The notes beneath the pieces were generated by a model that was given only the letters and a program-made list of their open reading frames with translations, was not told the origin of the DNA and did not search any database. From Raillietiella orientalis (Eukaryota), in assembly GCA_036172245.1 (NCBI GenBank), contig JAYWIR010000015.1, forward strand, positions 3,472,001-3,536,000: 64,000 bases of DNA, written 5' to 3'. The translations under genes were made by a program, and so were the position numbers. This document shows, in pieces, positions 27,651 through 40,599 of this stretch (within the stretch, counting starts at the first letter, position 1; each line of letters opens with the position of its first letter).

Positions 27651-27775
27651 TTCTATTTGAATCAGACAGTTAGATGCTGAAGAACATCAAAGTGCAGAAG
27701 CCTTTGAAATTCTACTGTCAATGAATCTCCTATTTAGATTAATGTCCCAATTCACGTATTCATTAATGGGAAGTG
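27651..27775 (+). repeat. Right copy of the ~122-bp direct repeat (candidate long target-site duplication)
   Basis: Begins 2 nt after the element's AATAAA and aligns with 25270-25391. Confidence 0.9.
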
Positions 27776-30700
27776 AGCTGTATTTAGAAAGAGATACATG
27801 AATCTTGTTCCAGTTTTTCATATATTAATCTAAGAGGAGTTTGAAAATTGAGCATCATGAGAAATTGTGTAAACTCTCGAGATCACTGCAAAAGCTCGGA
27901 ATTAAAAATTCACTTGGATACCAGGAGGGAACGGTCTTGAAGATGTGCAGGTCAAGAGACCCACTGACGAAGAGAGACTTTTTATGAAGTAAGAGTTTGT
28001 CTTTGATTTAAGCCAATGATTAGGATTGCAAGAGATTCCTGATAGATCAGGAGCGTATGGCACATTCGAGATTTCCTAAAGCTTCTTTGGCTGCTTCGAA
28101 TTCTGGTCTCAGATTCCCAGGATAAGAAGGAATAAGCATCCATCTAGTTAGATTATGTGGGACGAATTTTTGAAATTCCAGTTTGAGTTTGTGATCGATA
28201 GATCACTCTGGAATTTATCGTGACTGTCAACCAACTATCGGTGACAGGATTTTCTTTGATCTTTGAAATGCATTTACGCCTGTTTTTTTTTTTGGGGTAC
28301 TTGAGATTACAGGCGAGTGGTTGAGAATTCTTTTTTATACTTGGATGTCGGTAGTCTACTAAGACTCAGTTTAATACAAATTTCTTGAAAGGTTGATACC
28401 ATCTGGAAAATGCAATGAGTCAATATATATAACACATTATGACGTTTTCCAAGAAAACTTATCAAAAATCATGCAAAGTTTTTTTTTTCTTTCTTTTCTT
28501 TTTACACTGCTATGCTGAAAGAAAACCTGGAAATCACCATTGTGGGAAAACAACGCAGTGAAATCAGATAATGAAAATGTGGAAGCCATAAAAGCTGCTC
28601 TTCAACATTTATGCCTTTTAAATATACTACTAAATAGAGTTTCTTCGAAGTATGATTCTACTGGTGGAAGCCGACTCTTCTCGTGCCACGTCGCTAAGAT
28701 TCAACTAGAGCATGTGACGGTGCTATGCATCAGATCTCAATTGCATTTTTACGCTTCGTCATTCGTAATGACTGTCCTCAATTAATGCTGAATTATAAGC
28801 TCCGGAAGTTTGGATCCAAAATGAAGGGTCGTCAACTTTAGAAGTGCTCCCTGTACACGATCACGACAAGAACTCGGTATACTCGGTAGCATACATCGAG
28901 TTTGCGGTCAGAAAGGCGATCGCCAGCCGAGAACCGGTTGCCAGGAGATGGATGTCAGTTTTTTCGAGTGTGGATGTTAGTTAATTTTTTTCTAAACTTC
29001 ACTTTTACCCACTTGAGTGGGTCATGTAGGTTTTTATGAGCAGCTCCCTAGCATTAATCAAAAGCTAAATGTGAACTGATGACTAAATCAAACGCTGCAG
29101 CTCATCGAGGGATCGAAAGAAGTACGAATGGAGCTGTTCGACTCGGGGACTTCCTTGCTAATCCCACCGGATGTGCTGGAGCGTTTTTCCTAGAAAGCCT
29201 CAAAGAACAAGCAAACAAAACCACGCTTTTTTTTTTCTTACGCAAACTACAGGCGGGAATTCTCTTTCTGCAGCTTCCGAAAGCTGTTTCACAAAGGGCC
29301 AGATGTGACGTCATAATGAATTCGTTCATCATCTTGTTGCTGTCATCTCGCGAAAATTTCACGTTTCATAAACAAGGAACCACTGTGTGAAACCCATCAA
29401 AAGAATATCTAATTCTTCGCTTACTGTGATTTATGAAACGTGTGGGAAAACACTCTGCTGAGAATTCCTCGCATCCTTCAGAACACCATTCCAGTCTCGC
29501 GTCCCTTTCCTAGCCTGTCATCCTTTGATTCATTTGCTGTAAAAATACTGAGACCTTCGGGACTCATGAATGCAAACCTTGTACGGAGAAGAGCGGCGTC
29601 TTTAGACTCAATGATGAGGAACATCCTTAGGTTTTCGGTGGCGGTTTCCTCAAAAAGTAATTGGGATGTCTTACTCCTATGAAAAGTACCTGAAGCTTTG
29701 TCCCCTTTGGAACACTTAAGGACTGTCTTATAACCGTTTCCAACAAGGCCATAATATTATAACTGACCACAACTCTCATTGCTCCATAAGGGATTCTACT
29801 GTTGTAGCTTTCATTTCGATTGCTTTCGTCATTTACACATTTATGAAGTTCATGCGATGATGTGGCTTTCCATTCTATTCCGTTCCTTGAGGCTCTGCTA
29901 TCCATTTTAAGCGAAACGATCGTGTCCACCGCATTCTGTTCCAGCGCAGTGCATGATTTCTTTCACCCTTCCGCATCTTCCAGCTTCCTGTGAAGACACC
30001 AACTTTTATCAAAGTTTCCCGCAGCTACTGAATTGTCTTTTTCTGGATGCGAAAAAAGTTGCTTGTTCCACTGGACCACGGCAGGGAATCTTGATTCAAA
30101 TAGCTGCCATTTGTTTGGCATCTCTTGGACTCTTTTGAACTACCAAACGCACGGTCCCTGTAATTTTCTCTTTTTTTTTTTTTTTTTGAAGGGCAGATAA
30201 AACAGCAGAAAAAGAGACACCCGCTCAAAAATAAGTGGAGATGGAATTCAATCAAGAAACTACTACCTCTGATTAGTTGAACACGAGGGAAGTTTATATT
30301 GGATTATGTAGGCTGAGTCGTAAGAAGCTGATCTTTCATAATAAAATCCCAATAACGCAATTACAGTGTCATTTGGCCTGCCCTGCTGGAAGTCAGTTCT
30401 CCTTTCAAAAGCTGAAAACAAAGGGTTTAGCAGGTCGTATTATGGCAAATAGAATTAGTTCCACATTGGAGTTGCTTTCATTGCTCTCATCCTTCTGAAT
30501 GGTTTTTGGAATGATCCGACTCCAGCAGACTCCTTGTCCTCGTTTTGGATGATATTGTGCATCCCACACTTTGGTTTCCCTGATCGCATCCAGCATCAGA
30601 CAAAGCGTCAGCCGCTGGCATTGAACCTAATCACTCCTTTGAACTCCTCTGGGCTGTTTTTTCGTTCTCTAATTTCGCTGTGATTTGTGGATCTTTCAAG

Positions 30701-32769
30701 GGCATCACGTGTTTGGAAACCCGCATTTGAATACAATTTTTTTTTTTACCCTTCTTCCATGTGAATGACCTTCAGCCTTGTAATTGCTTCAGTCGGTGAT
30801 GTCACGACTTTCGATGAAATGGAATCCCATACTTTCAGTTCCATTTGAGTCATTCGTATCTCCTTAAACTGAAGTGTTCACGAAAGGAGGCATGTAAAAA
30901 ACACTTTCAGGGATCTCAGGGATCTCTAGGTCAATAGGAGCAAGCACTTGTATTTCAGGGCAACTTTTTTTTTATTTTCCTCAGCCTTGTGTTCTTCCCA
31001 GGAATATTCCATTTGCTAAATATGTTGGCGAAATTCCCAGCCGTATCAAAAAGTGAGGATTACAGAAAATTCTTTGGAAGGTAATTATACCACGGTGATA
31101 ATAACGGTATTAGTGGCAACACGTGCCGCTCGCACCTTACATGATGTCAGTGATGTAGATGATGAGCACTTCTTCCACGAAACCAAATTCACAAAGATTA
31201 TCCGAAGGAGAATTCGTTGGTTTTTCAAGTTTCGCCGACAAATAGCAGCATGGATGCAAAGGGTGCTCCTGTTACCATAGGGAACTGCGCTGAAGGTGAC
31301 CAAAATCCGACCGTTGATGCCCGAGATGAGAGTTGCACAAGACGTGGACCTGCCATGAGACCAGAATTGGGTATATCTTGGAAACGATGTTGGGACAGAA
31401 TCGAGGTCGAATCTTGCTAAACGGACGAGTGACCTTTGTCCAAAAGAGCGAACCCTTGTCATTTTCCAAACGAACCCTTAATGAGAACAAAGTCGATTCC
31501 ATGTTGAGAAGGAAAAGAAGAAAAAAAAACTTTTGTCCTTGTCATCCGTGTGGTTAATAGTCAGTTTTGCAGTCCTCAGGAAAACTTAGCACAGCGGGTC
31601 GCTATTGTCCAATGAAGGGCTGCTTTTCTATTTCTTCCGATTCTTCATTTTTTTTTTTTTTTCTTTTCCAAATGGTTGCTCACTTTCTACTAGCACTATA
31701 AATGAGCAAGGAAGGAATAGGTTTTCATCATATGGACCAACAGACGAAATGCCCTGATGAAGGCCGATAAGCCAAATAGCAAAGTTCACGACAATTTCGG
31801 ACATCTTCCGTGTTCGTTTTCTATTGCACTCCAGCATTTGGAATTTGAATTCTGGATCCCGAAACCCTGGATTCTGGAGGATTGCTGGAAAGCTTTTTCT
31901 TCCTCATTTATGAAAAGGAATTCGGCCTCGGCACCGAGGAGAACGCGAGATCGATCGATTTTTGATTAAAAGTCCACAGAAAATTTCCATTTCAAAACGT
32001 TTTTTTTTTTTTTTTTTTCAGATAGACTTCTCACTGGAAATGAAATTTTTTTCCCCATATCCTAATCAGTTCCTTCGTGAAGAAGCATTCGGCTTTTTCT
32101 TCACATTTTATCCTTCCTCTTCTCGGAAGAAAACCACAGAGCTTTTTTTTTCTTTTTGAGCAAGCATGCATTGAAGGATCGAGTTGGGAGCTGGAATAGG
32201 ATGCCGAGGGGAAAGATGGAAACATCATGATTTCATCTGTGTCCGTCGTGCCGAATCCTCAGAATTCCACTGGGGGCTGAAGTGTTGTCTTTTTTTTTTT
32301 TTTTTTTTTCCATAAGGAAACTTAAGTCTCGAATATAAGTATAACCGCGGTAACTTTACGCATGAAAGATGACGCCAATGATAATTATCATGTAATGAAA
32401 GCAGCAATGACAGAACGTGTATCATTGCAATATCTGCATACTGCCGTGGTAAAGGGTCTTCCATCAGTTGATTTCGAAGAGGACAGTTAAATCCGTGGAG
32501 GATATGATATGATAAGGACTTAAGTGGCGAGTCAAATCATGGGTGGAAATCCAAAAATAAAAAATGGCACTGGGTGCAACCACCAAGACGTAGTTAGAAG
32601 AGATATGGATGATTTTCTCGGACATGCTCTGGACCATTTATGGCTGATTGAAAGCCTGGTTCGTCTGGATGCTCTGACCAGTTCAAGGGGAACTAAAAAT
32701 AAAAATTCCAGTGTAATCCCAGCCAAAAGAGCAAGAATCTGCTGATTTGCTCGCAGTGTTGGAGTCTGC

Positions 32770-33000
32770 ATTAGCTTGGAATTATCTCATGACGAAAGGT
32801 CAAAGGGGTCTCTCAGTGAACGTTGACAGAGAGGCGTTTCACAAAGATCTTCATCACTGGCACGAGAGCCAATCAGCTATCTTGAGGAGACGTGGATACT
32901 TTCCCCTTGGTCTTCATGAGGAGCAACTGGAAATTGTGAGTAAAAGGAGTTTTGCACACAAGGTGGATATTTTTCTTGGAAAAGTGCTTATAGGATGGAG
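32770..33000 (+). mobile_element. Decayed 3' portion of a CR1/L2-type LINE ORF2
   Basis: ELSHDERSK..SER*QRG (~32780-32835; cf. LSYEERL...LEERR.RG) is followed by EIVSKRSFAHKVDIFL (cf. SFK.KLDKFL). Confidence 0.33.
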
Positions 33001-34703
33001 CATACATAGAGGTGCTTCGGAGGGAGAAAGCTTACATTTCATAGCTACCTCCAGAGTATTGACAGCCCAATCATTACTCATTCTTAAAAAACCAGAGGTG
33101 CCGCACGCTAACAACACTTTTCGTGTTTCCTTTCAGATGGCGTTGCGCAATAGAGCACTCTCTCAGCTCCTGGGGGGGAAGAATGCAAGAGAAAAAACAG
33201 TTGTGCATTCCTGGTTTTCTAGAGCAAATCTGATCTCGCTCTCTTCACAGGCTTCACAAACACACTCAAGAGGACAGCGTCCATTTCTTGCGGATGGAAG
33301 CTCGCATTACTATCGAGTTGGTTGCAAACAAACAAATGTGCTAATTTGGGAGAACTATGGCATAACGTAGGACTGATCTAGTAGAATAATGGCACGGGAA
33401 GCAAAATGAGGAGCATCTTGAACTTCTAGAGACCTTTGAGACCTGAATCTCCAAGAGGGAGCTCCAAGGAGTGGACTAGCCTCCATGCACCAGCAGAGGT
33501 GCAATTTAAAAGCTAATCGATATTGTCCAAAACGTTGCTTCAGACCGGTGGACTTCACTTTTTTGAGAATCGAAAATAAATACAGGAAATATGAGTCATC
33601 TCCGAAGAACCAAGTGCATCACCTTGCCTGACTTTGAACACAAGTGGATTAAGGGATGAGTTTGAAAATTTTGCTTCTGGGCGTTTGCAGAGCAGTTGAG
33701 GTTGCCGTGTTTTCACCTCTACTGCACGCAGTATCTGAGACCGAGCGCATTTCTTGAGCTCCAAAGACACTTCTTTCCTTGAAGCTGAGCATCCATTTTT
33801 TCTCACCGGAAGAAGGATAATTTTAGGGAAACCTCAAATTTCATAATTCTCCTTCAGCATTCAGGAGTTGGCTGCATATCCTTCTCTGATTCATTGGCAG
33901 CAACTAATGGTTTGGAAGGATCGTTGGATGATCTCACTTCAAGATCCAACGCTTCTAAGCGGCCGAAGAGCAGCTCAAGGGTCATTTGGCTTCTTATCCA
34001 ATAAAGGATTTCTAGAAACCGTATCTTGGCTCTTCCCAAGTCGCTCTGTTTTTCTACGTTGAGATTCTTATCTTGTCTATTCCCAATCTCACCTTCTTGT
34101 CTTCCTGCGTCCTCAGCACCACAAGCAAAACATCCTCTGTCCTTCTCTCCCTAACAGCTGAAGGCTCATTGTGACCTCTCTTGAGCGATTATAAATAACA
34201 CGCACTGCTGTAAAGATCTCTTCTTCCCAGTGCTTTTCCAAATCTTTTCATTACACCAGAAGATACTCTTTGCTTCCATCCACCGGAGTGCAGCATACCT
34301 GTAGGAAATTTCTGCCATGTGTGCCCGACTGCATAGGGATGACATCCCTCCGAAGTCTCTTCTAGTGCATGATGACAGAAGGCAACTCGGAGTTGTCCAC
34401 GCCCGATGGAAGTTTGGGATCCAGAAAGGGTGTACGGAATCAAGCAGAAGAGTCCGAAGTTATCCGTGAAAGCGGAAAGCAATACGGAGTTCAGCATAAA
34501 ATATTGGAAAATTTACCCAGAACTTCAAAGTGTCGTACAACAGACCTTTTGATAAAGAAAGTCAACGCAGAAGTGGATGAAGACACCTGAAAGGAAAGTA
34601 CTCTGCTAGCACACACGAACTCGGTTTTCATTCCTTACAGGAAGCAGTTCATTGAAAAATTTACGAAAGAAACGTCCCAAAACCCATTTTGCTATCTTCA
34701 CCC

Positions 34704-35587
34704 CCTCGGACTACAGCTTCTCTGAGTACCTCAAGAGCCGGTCGCGTGTCTCGCGGTGCATGTGGCTCTTTAACACTGTTCCACGCCACCCGCGGAGGGT
34801 GCGGGCTATTTCTTCTTTCTTTCCCCCAGAAGGGGGTCCCTCCCTATGAATCCAAGAAGGCTCGGAGTCCGTTCCTCTCACGCTTGGGGAGGAAGGATCG
34901 CACCTCTCACCCTGGTTGTCTCCGAAGGGAAACCCAGAAGGGAATCTCCTTCCTCCTTCTCTCCAGAGGGACCCCCTGGGAGGGGATGGGTCTCTCCATT
35001 TCATCTTCTCCGAAGGGAATCCGGAAAGGATCCTCTAGTAGGAATTTCTTCTCCAGAGGGAGCCCTCAAGGGAACCGCTCCTGTTCACTCCACTGAAGAG
35101 AACCCCGAAGGGACGCTTCCGAAACTCAGAAGGGGCGCTGCAGCTTCCCGCAGGAGGATCGCTCTCGCTTGCTTCCTTGCACTCTGTGAAGAGGCGACAG
35201 CTCGAAGGGTCCCCCCCGCAACAGAGGGTGGTCCGCTTCTTTAAATAACTGGAGAGGTGCCTGTGAAAGCTCCTTCTCCATCTTGAAATCGGAGGGGTCC
35301 CACCCGGTGTGGAGGGTCCGCTCTTTATTGCACGTCTGGAGGGGGAATTCCCCACTCTTTGATTCCTGGAAGAACCCGAAGGTCGACTCCCATTGTTCCG
35401 GCCTTCGTCGGGGCCTCCAGCTTTATCCACCGCCGGTGTCACGCCCGAATGATTAGGCCAACCAGCGCCGTTGCAGGAGAAACTCGGAACCCAACGACGC
35501 AATGGCGTCAGTTTCTGCCGGAGCATTCGAACCCGCGACGCATGGTGCCACGCGCGGAAGCCTTAACCACAAAACCTCGGACTACAG
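34704..35587 (-). mobile_element. ~0.87-kb tRNA-headed SINE-like element with 13-bp flanking direct repeats
   Basis: CCTCGGACTACAG occurs at 34704-34716 and 35575-35587. The minus strand has an A-box-like GTGGTTAAGG (35561-35570) and a B-box GGTTCGAATGC (35523-35533) at tRNA spacing. A second copy of the body is at 25413-25970. Confidence 0.65.
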
Positions 35588-38500
35588 TGAATCACTCTAT
35601 TCGACCGTACGCTTTCCATTTCGTGCCAATTTCCGCCTATGTTCCAGGGTACGGACGCGTACCTCTGTTTTTGCACCCCTGGCATGACCATAGGTTTTCA
35701 AAGTCGGAAGGGGATTATCTTGAGCTTGATTCCACCAGTCTGGCGCTCATCTCTCATTGTGTTTGATCGGATGGTGCAAACTCTTTTGCCTTTAGCTTTT
35801 CGGGCCTTATTAGCTCGAAACCAATGTAAAAATACGTGCGAGACTGACCAGCTGCGGAACGCACCTTTGCTATTTGTCTTCTTCACTATCCACTTTCTGT
35901 GCTGGAAACTGTTGTAGAAAAAAAAAGAGAAAGATAGCATCTTGTATTTTATTTCCTATGTTTACTTTCATTCTACTTCGTTTCGCATCCTATTCGGGAT
36001 GCTCAGTCGGGAACACCTGTCCCTGCAAGCAGTTTTGAAATCTATAGGCAAAAGCTGCGTCAATCGATCGTCTGAATGGAGTGATAGAAAGATTCAGTAC
36101 TTCGCTTGTGTCGGATCTTCGCGATTGTTTTTCATCTCTTCTTGCGTCAGAGCAAAACACTGTTTCCCTTCAGCAAGAGCAGCCTGCATCCCCGGAACTC
36201 AGATTTCCTCATCCGAAATTGTCAAGAGATTAGTGACTTTGTGTAAATTTCTTTTCATGCGATCTCCTGTCATAAAGTTCCTTAGCGGAGAAACATTTAC
36301 ATAAAAAAAAATTACGACTGCATTGGAGCTCACATGAGGCAGTCAAAATTGGGCTTCGACTCAAATCGACGTCGTCAGTCTCAGGAACAGCCTCCAGATA
36401 CCCACGAAGGAAGGAGCAAGAAAACAAATCTCCCCAAAGAAATTAAAATGGAAACAAATTTTCGTTGGCATCGAGAATAGTGTTTGTTCATCCACAGGAT
36501 TCACGAGAAATTCATCTGGAGAGCTCTCTCCATCTCGTCCGAAAGAATTCATATGAATGCTTCTCAGGTATCTGCCTCGCACGATTCATTCTCCTCAGAT
36601 GAAGCTGCGGTCCTTGGCAACGGGTTCCCGAAAATAGATGCTGAGCATTCTGTTCAGCACACCTCGCTTCTGATGAAGAAGAGGGCATCTTAGAAATTCC
36701 CACACAATTCAGCCCTGCCTTGAGTCATAAGTCAGCGATCGGTTGATTTATCATTTGGATCGATGAGATCGGTGCAGCATTTACATGTTCAATCGGATGT
36801 TTGAAACTGCGAGGTGGAAGGGAACGACGTGACAAATCCTGCACACACCCTATTCCTGACAGGAGGCTTCGGGGAACTACCGCCCGAATCTGTGCGTTGT
36901 TTCTAGTGGCCTCAGAGGGTAGTGTTGAGCATCAGTAAACTATGTAGTAAGTGCAAAAAATCCTTTCTGCTGGTTCCTAGGAGATGGAAGAAAGAAACCT
37001 CTCATTAGACGACGACTAGAAAGGCATTTGTTTTCACTGCCATCTCCTACTGAAGAAACGGGATATCACCACTTGCTACAGAAAGCGCCTGTTGAAAATG
37101 CAACCAGAATGGGATTCTGATGTTCTCAAAATTCGCTTGCAGACCATCATCAGCTTTGTCCAGAAGATGCAATTCATCCACGCAAACCGTTTCTCATTTC
37201 GAGACGTGCGTTTCTTTCGTATTCCGAACGATCCAGCCAGCCAAAAATCCATTGGCAAGCTCGTATCACACAGTAAAGCACCCAAAGGTCATTGGATTTA
37301 TTAAAAGGGAGCGGAAATAGCATCATGAGCACTATTAATAGGAAATTCCTCTTTCACGTTCCGTTGCCGCGATTTTCAGATTTGTGGGGAACCAAATGAG
37401 TCAGTGGATCCAAGTCACTAATTCATATGATTACGAATGGAAAGCGGCCCTTCTTCCGCTTGGGGAACTGACTCTCAAATTATCGATCCCAAAGCCTGCC
37501 AGCTTTCTGTTACGATTTCAAAGGGCCGATCCGATGGCTACCTCGAGACGTCAGGTATGCCTGAGGGTTCCCTGACTGAATCATCATAACAGAAGCAAAG
37601 CGCCTGAATCACTACCTCTCGTAACAGCAGACTTCATCCAACCCTAGTTAATGAAAAAGAGGCACAAGAGATGGAAACATAAGTGCTTACACGAGAAATA
37701 AAAGATGCTTGCCTGCTTAATTGTGTACTCACGCTGCAGTCTCTGTTGCCAGCTCCCCATTTGATCTCCTCAGAGCTCGATCAATAATAGGGATTACTGA
37801 TGCTTCAACGGATCGAGAATTCAATCTCTTTGGGGGGGAAACATCAGGTATGTCTGTGAAGCTGAGAAGCTTACCTTCCACCATTCTCTCTTGCCCTCAG
37901 AAAGCCATTCCAGCTGCCAAATGCCTGAAGCCATCGTGGCCATGTGTAGCGGTTTGCACCTGCTGCATCTTTTGCTGCGGTGAAAATTTTCGATTAGAAA
38001 GTGAGGCAGAAAGCAGCCGTTGGAGCAGCTGCTCTCTCGTGACCAATCTCACGTACGCCACTGTATGCAAGAACAATAGAGTTCAGGTGCTCCACAGACA
38101 CCTTTCGAGATGAATGTCAGGAAAATTTGACTCTAAATAGAGCACTCTTTTAATCTCTGGATGCTGGACACCTCCCGCGCCAGCAGCTCTCGCTCGAAAA
38201 CGTTTAAAATTCCACTTTTCCGTAGAGCTTGCTTCCCGGTTTCCAAACATCATTTGCGAGTCCAGCATTTAGAAAGTGCAGCTCGTGCCAAACCTCGAAA
38301 GTCGTTTTTCATTTGTGTCTTTGCAATTTTCAAATATTCAACCGCTGTTTCCTTTTTTTTTCTTTTCTTTGAGATTAGCTAAGCCATAAAGAAAAACTGG
38401 CTTTCCCATCATCTCGGCATTGCCAAGATCGTTGCGCTCTCTTAACACGAAAGCAGTATAAGTGAACACAGTAGAAGTGACATTTCCACAAAAAGTTTTG

Positions 38501-40599
38501 ACATTAGCAAACATTTCGACCTTGTTCCTTTTCAAGGAATCTGTTTGTTTTGTGCCTTCAGGGTGAGCGATGATTGATGATAGCATGCAGAGGATTTCAT
38601 GCTTCTCAAGAATTGATGTTGGATGAGAAAAAACACAGGCAGGAAATGTTCTGTTAGCAGTGACCACAAAGGGATAATGCTTGAAGGCACCGACTTGAGC
38701 CACGAGGAACGCAGCTCTTCCGGAGATCAAGCAGAGGTCACGATAGTACGTCCGTAGAAACTTTGGAAATTTCGAGGTAACTTTGCAAGAAGGTGGAGTA
38801 CCAAGCATTTTTCTTTCCTCTTTGTTTCAGAGAGCTGCAAGTTTTTTATTGCTCACCAGAATGTTAGGAAGAAAAATGCGCTCTACTACTTCCATGGTTC
38901 GGATTGTGTCGAATTTTAATAACGCGGAGGCATACTTGACAATCTTCTTAAATTGCAATCCACGGAATGCAATTTTGTAACTTTATCTCTCTTGCCCCTC
39001 AGTGACTGATATGGTAAGAAATGGAATTCTGAATTCTTAGCACATCAGAGTCCACCGCATTCCTCAAGCACATTAATCATTGCTGCTATTTTCTTGCTGA
39101 TCGATTACTGGTCTGGGATTCATAATTTCAGATATATGCAATCACTGGAGCACATCTGTACTGACTGACTCTCGGCAATTTCATTTCAAGCATTACGTTG
39201 GTACCCTTTCACTTGCAAAATATGCTTGCTTCTTCGCTCTTCGCATCCATAGAGTGCCAAGATGTGCAGCATCAGGAGTTTTCCGTCGGTCTCCCACAAA
39301 AGCATAGCAGTTCATTCAACGGTTTGCAAAATCCTGCGGAATCTTAGAACGAACCCAGTATTTTGAAATGGCGGAATTTGGAGCGAATGATTTTCCCAGC
39401 GACCCATCATCACAGTTCCTCTTACGTCAGCAGGACTCTGCAAACAACCCTGGTGTCAGGGGGATGAAAGAAACTCCTGGTATCCAGACCTCTGAGTTCC
39501 TCAGCGGGATTTGTGAAAGGATGACGTCTCGAATTAAGAAAGGTTTCCGGAAGCACAGGGCTGCGCACTCTAAAAAACCATCTTTTTCTATATGAGAAGG
39601 GAGAAGCAGGATTTGGGGAGCTACCAGAGAAAACAGAGGCTACCGAAGAGGGATTGCAAAACATAGAACATTCCCATCTGAGACAGCCGCTTCCAGTGGT
39701 TCGTTGGGTATTTCTTCGTTCCAGTTCCACAACGGTCGGTGGAACTCCTGGATGCTACTGAATTTGAAGTACCCATTCCAAGGAGGAAGGCGCGAAATTA
39801 GGTTTTCCGTTTTCTGCCTAGGAAAAGGGCATCCCGTCTCCAGAAGTATTTGTCTCAAAGGTAGGGGGGACACTTGCTGCGACTGCATCCAAAAGAGAGT
39901 GTCCTTCAGCACATATTTGCTGACCAGCGAGAATTTTATGACAGACGAATGATTTCCACCGTGGAGTGTTCGAGATACCAGGAAGTGTCAGAGAGCACTC
40001 ATTGTCAGCATTTCTTATCTTTAGTGATTCTAAGACGTTCCCTGCAATCCTTGGCTACGGGATTATGAGATTTGAAAGAAAAAGGCACCCTCTGGTGGGA
40101 TTACTCTCTTCTTTCTTCTTCAGCTGCAAACCTGATCTGAGGTCTCGTTCTCAGATGGGATCTCCTCATTCGAATTCTCTTTACAATTTCTTTTTCCTTT
40201 TTTTCTCCTCCTCTTCCCTATTTCTGCCTGTCTACCGTTGATTTCTAGGTCACATTTTGAATGCCAAGTCTCAATCGGAGTGTTCCCTGCAGGGCTCTTG
40301 ATCGTTGTCCCCAGCAAGTCATTTGCCAGATATTCAAATGCTCAGCCTCACAGGTGCACCGTTCTCAGTAGATCTGATTTGCCTATGCCAGGAGAAATAC
40401 TTTGAGGTGTAGAACAGTTCTATCGGGAAGGCAACAAGTCAACTTGAGCTATGACTTGCTTCAGAATTCTTAGACTTTCAGTGCTTTCTATTGACACTGA
40501 AAGATACTCAAACTCCTTCCGTAGCAGCATTCAAACTTCGTTCCTTCAGAAAGGATATTCCTCCCACCCTTCCTCAATTAAGATTTCATTCTAGGAAAA

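Noticed and set aside
31752..31782. Penelope-type minimal hammerhead ribozyme (CTGATGAAGGC...GCC)
   Set aside because: The required GAAA after stem II is missing (GCCAAAT), and no stem I/III or Penelope context is evident.
35500..35590. Functional tRNA gene
   Set aside because: A/B boxes are present, but the acceptor and anticodon stems do not pair convincingly, so it was treated as a SINE head.
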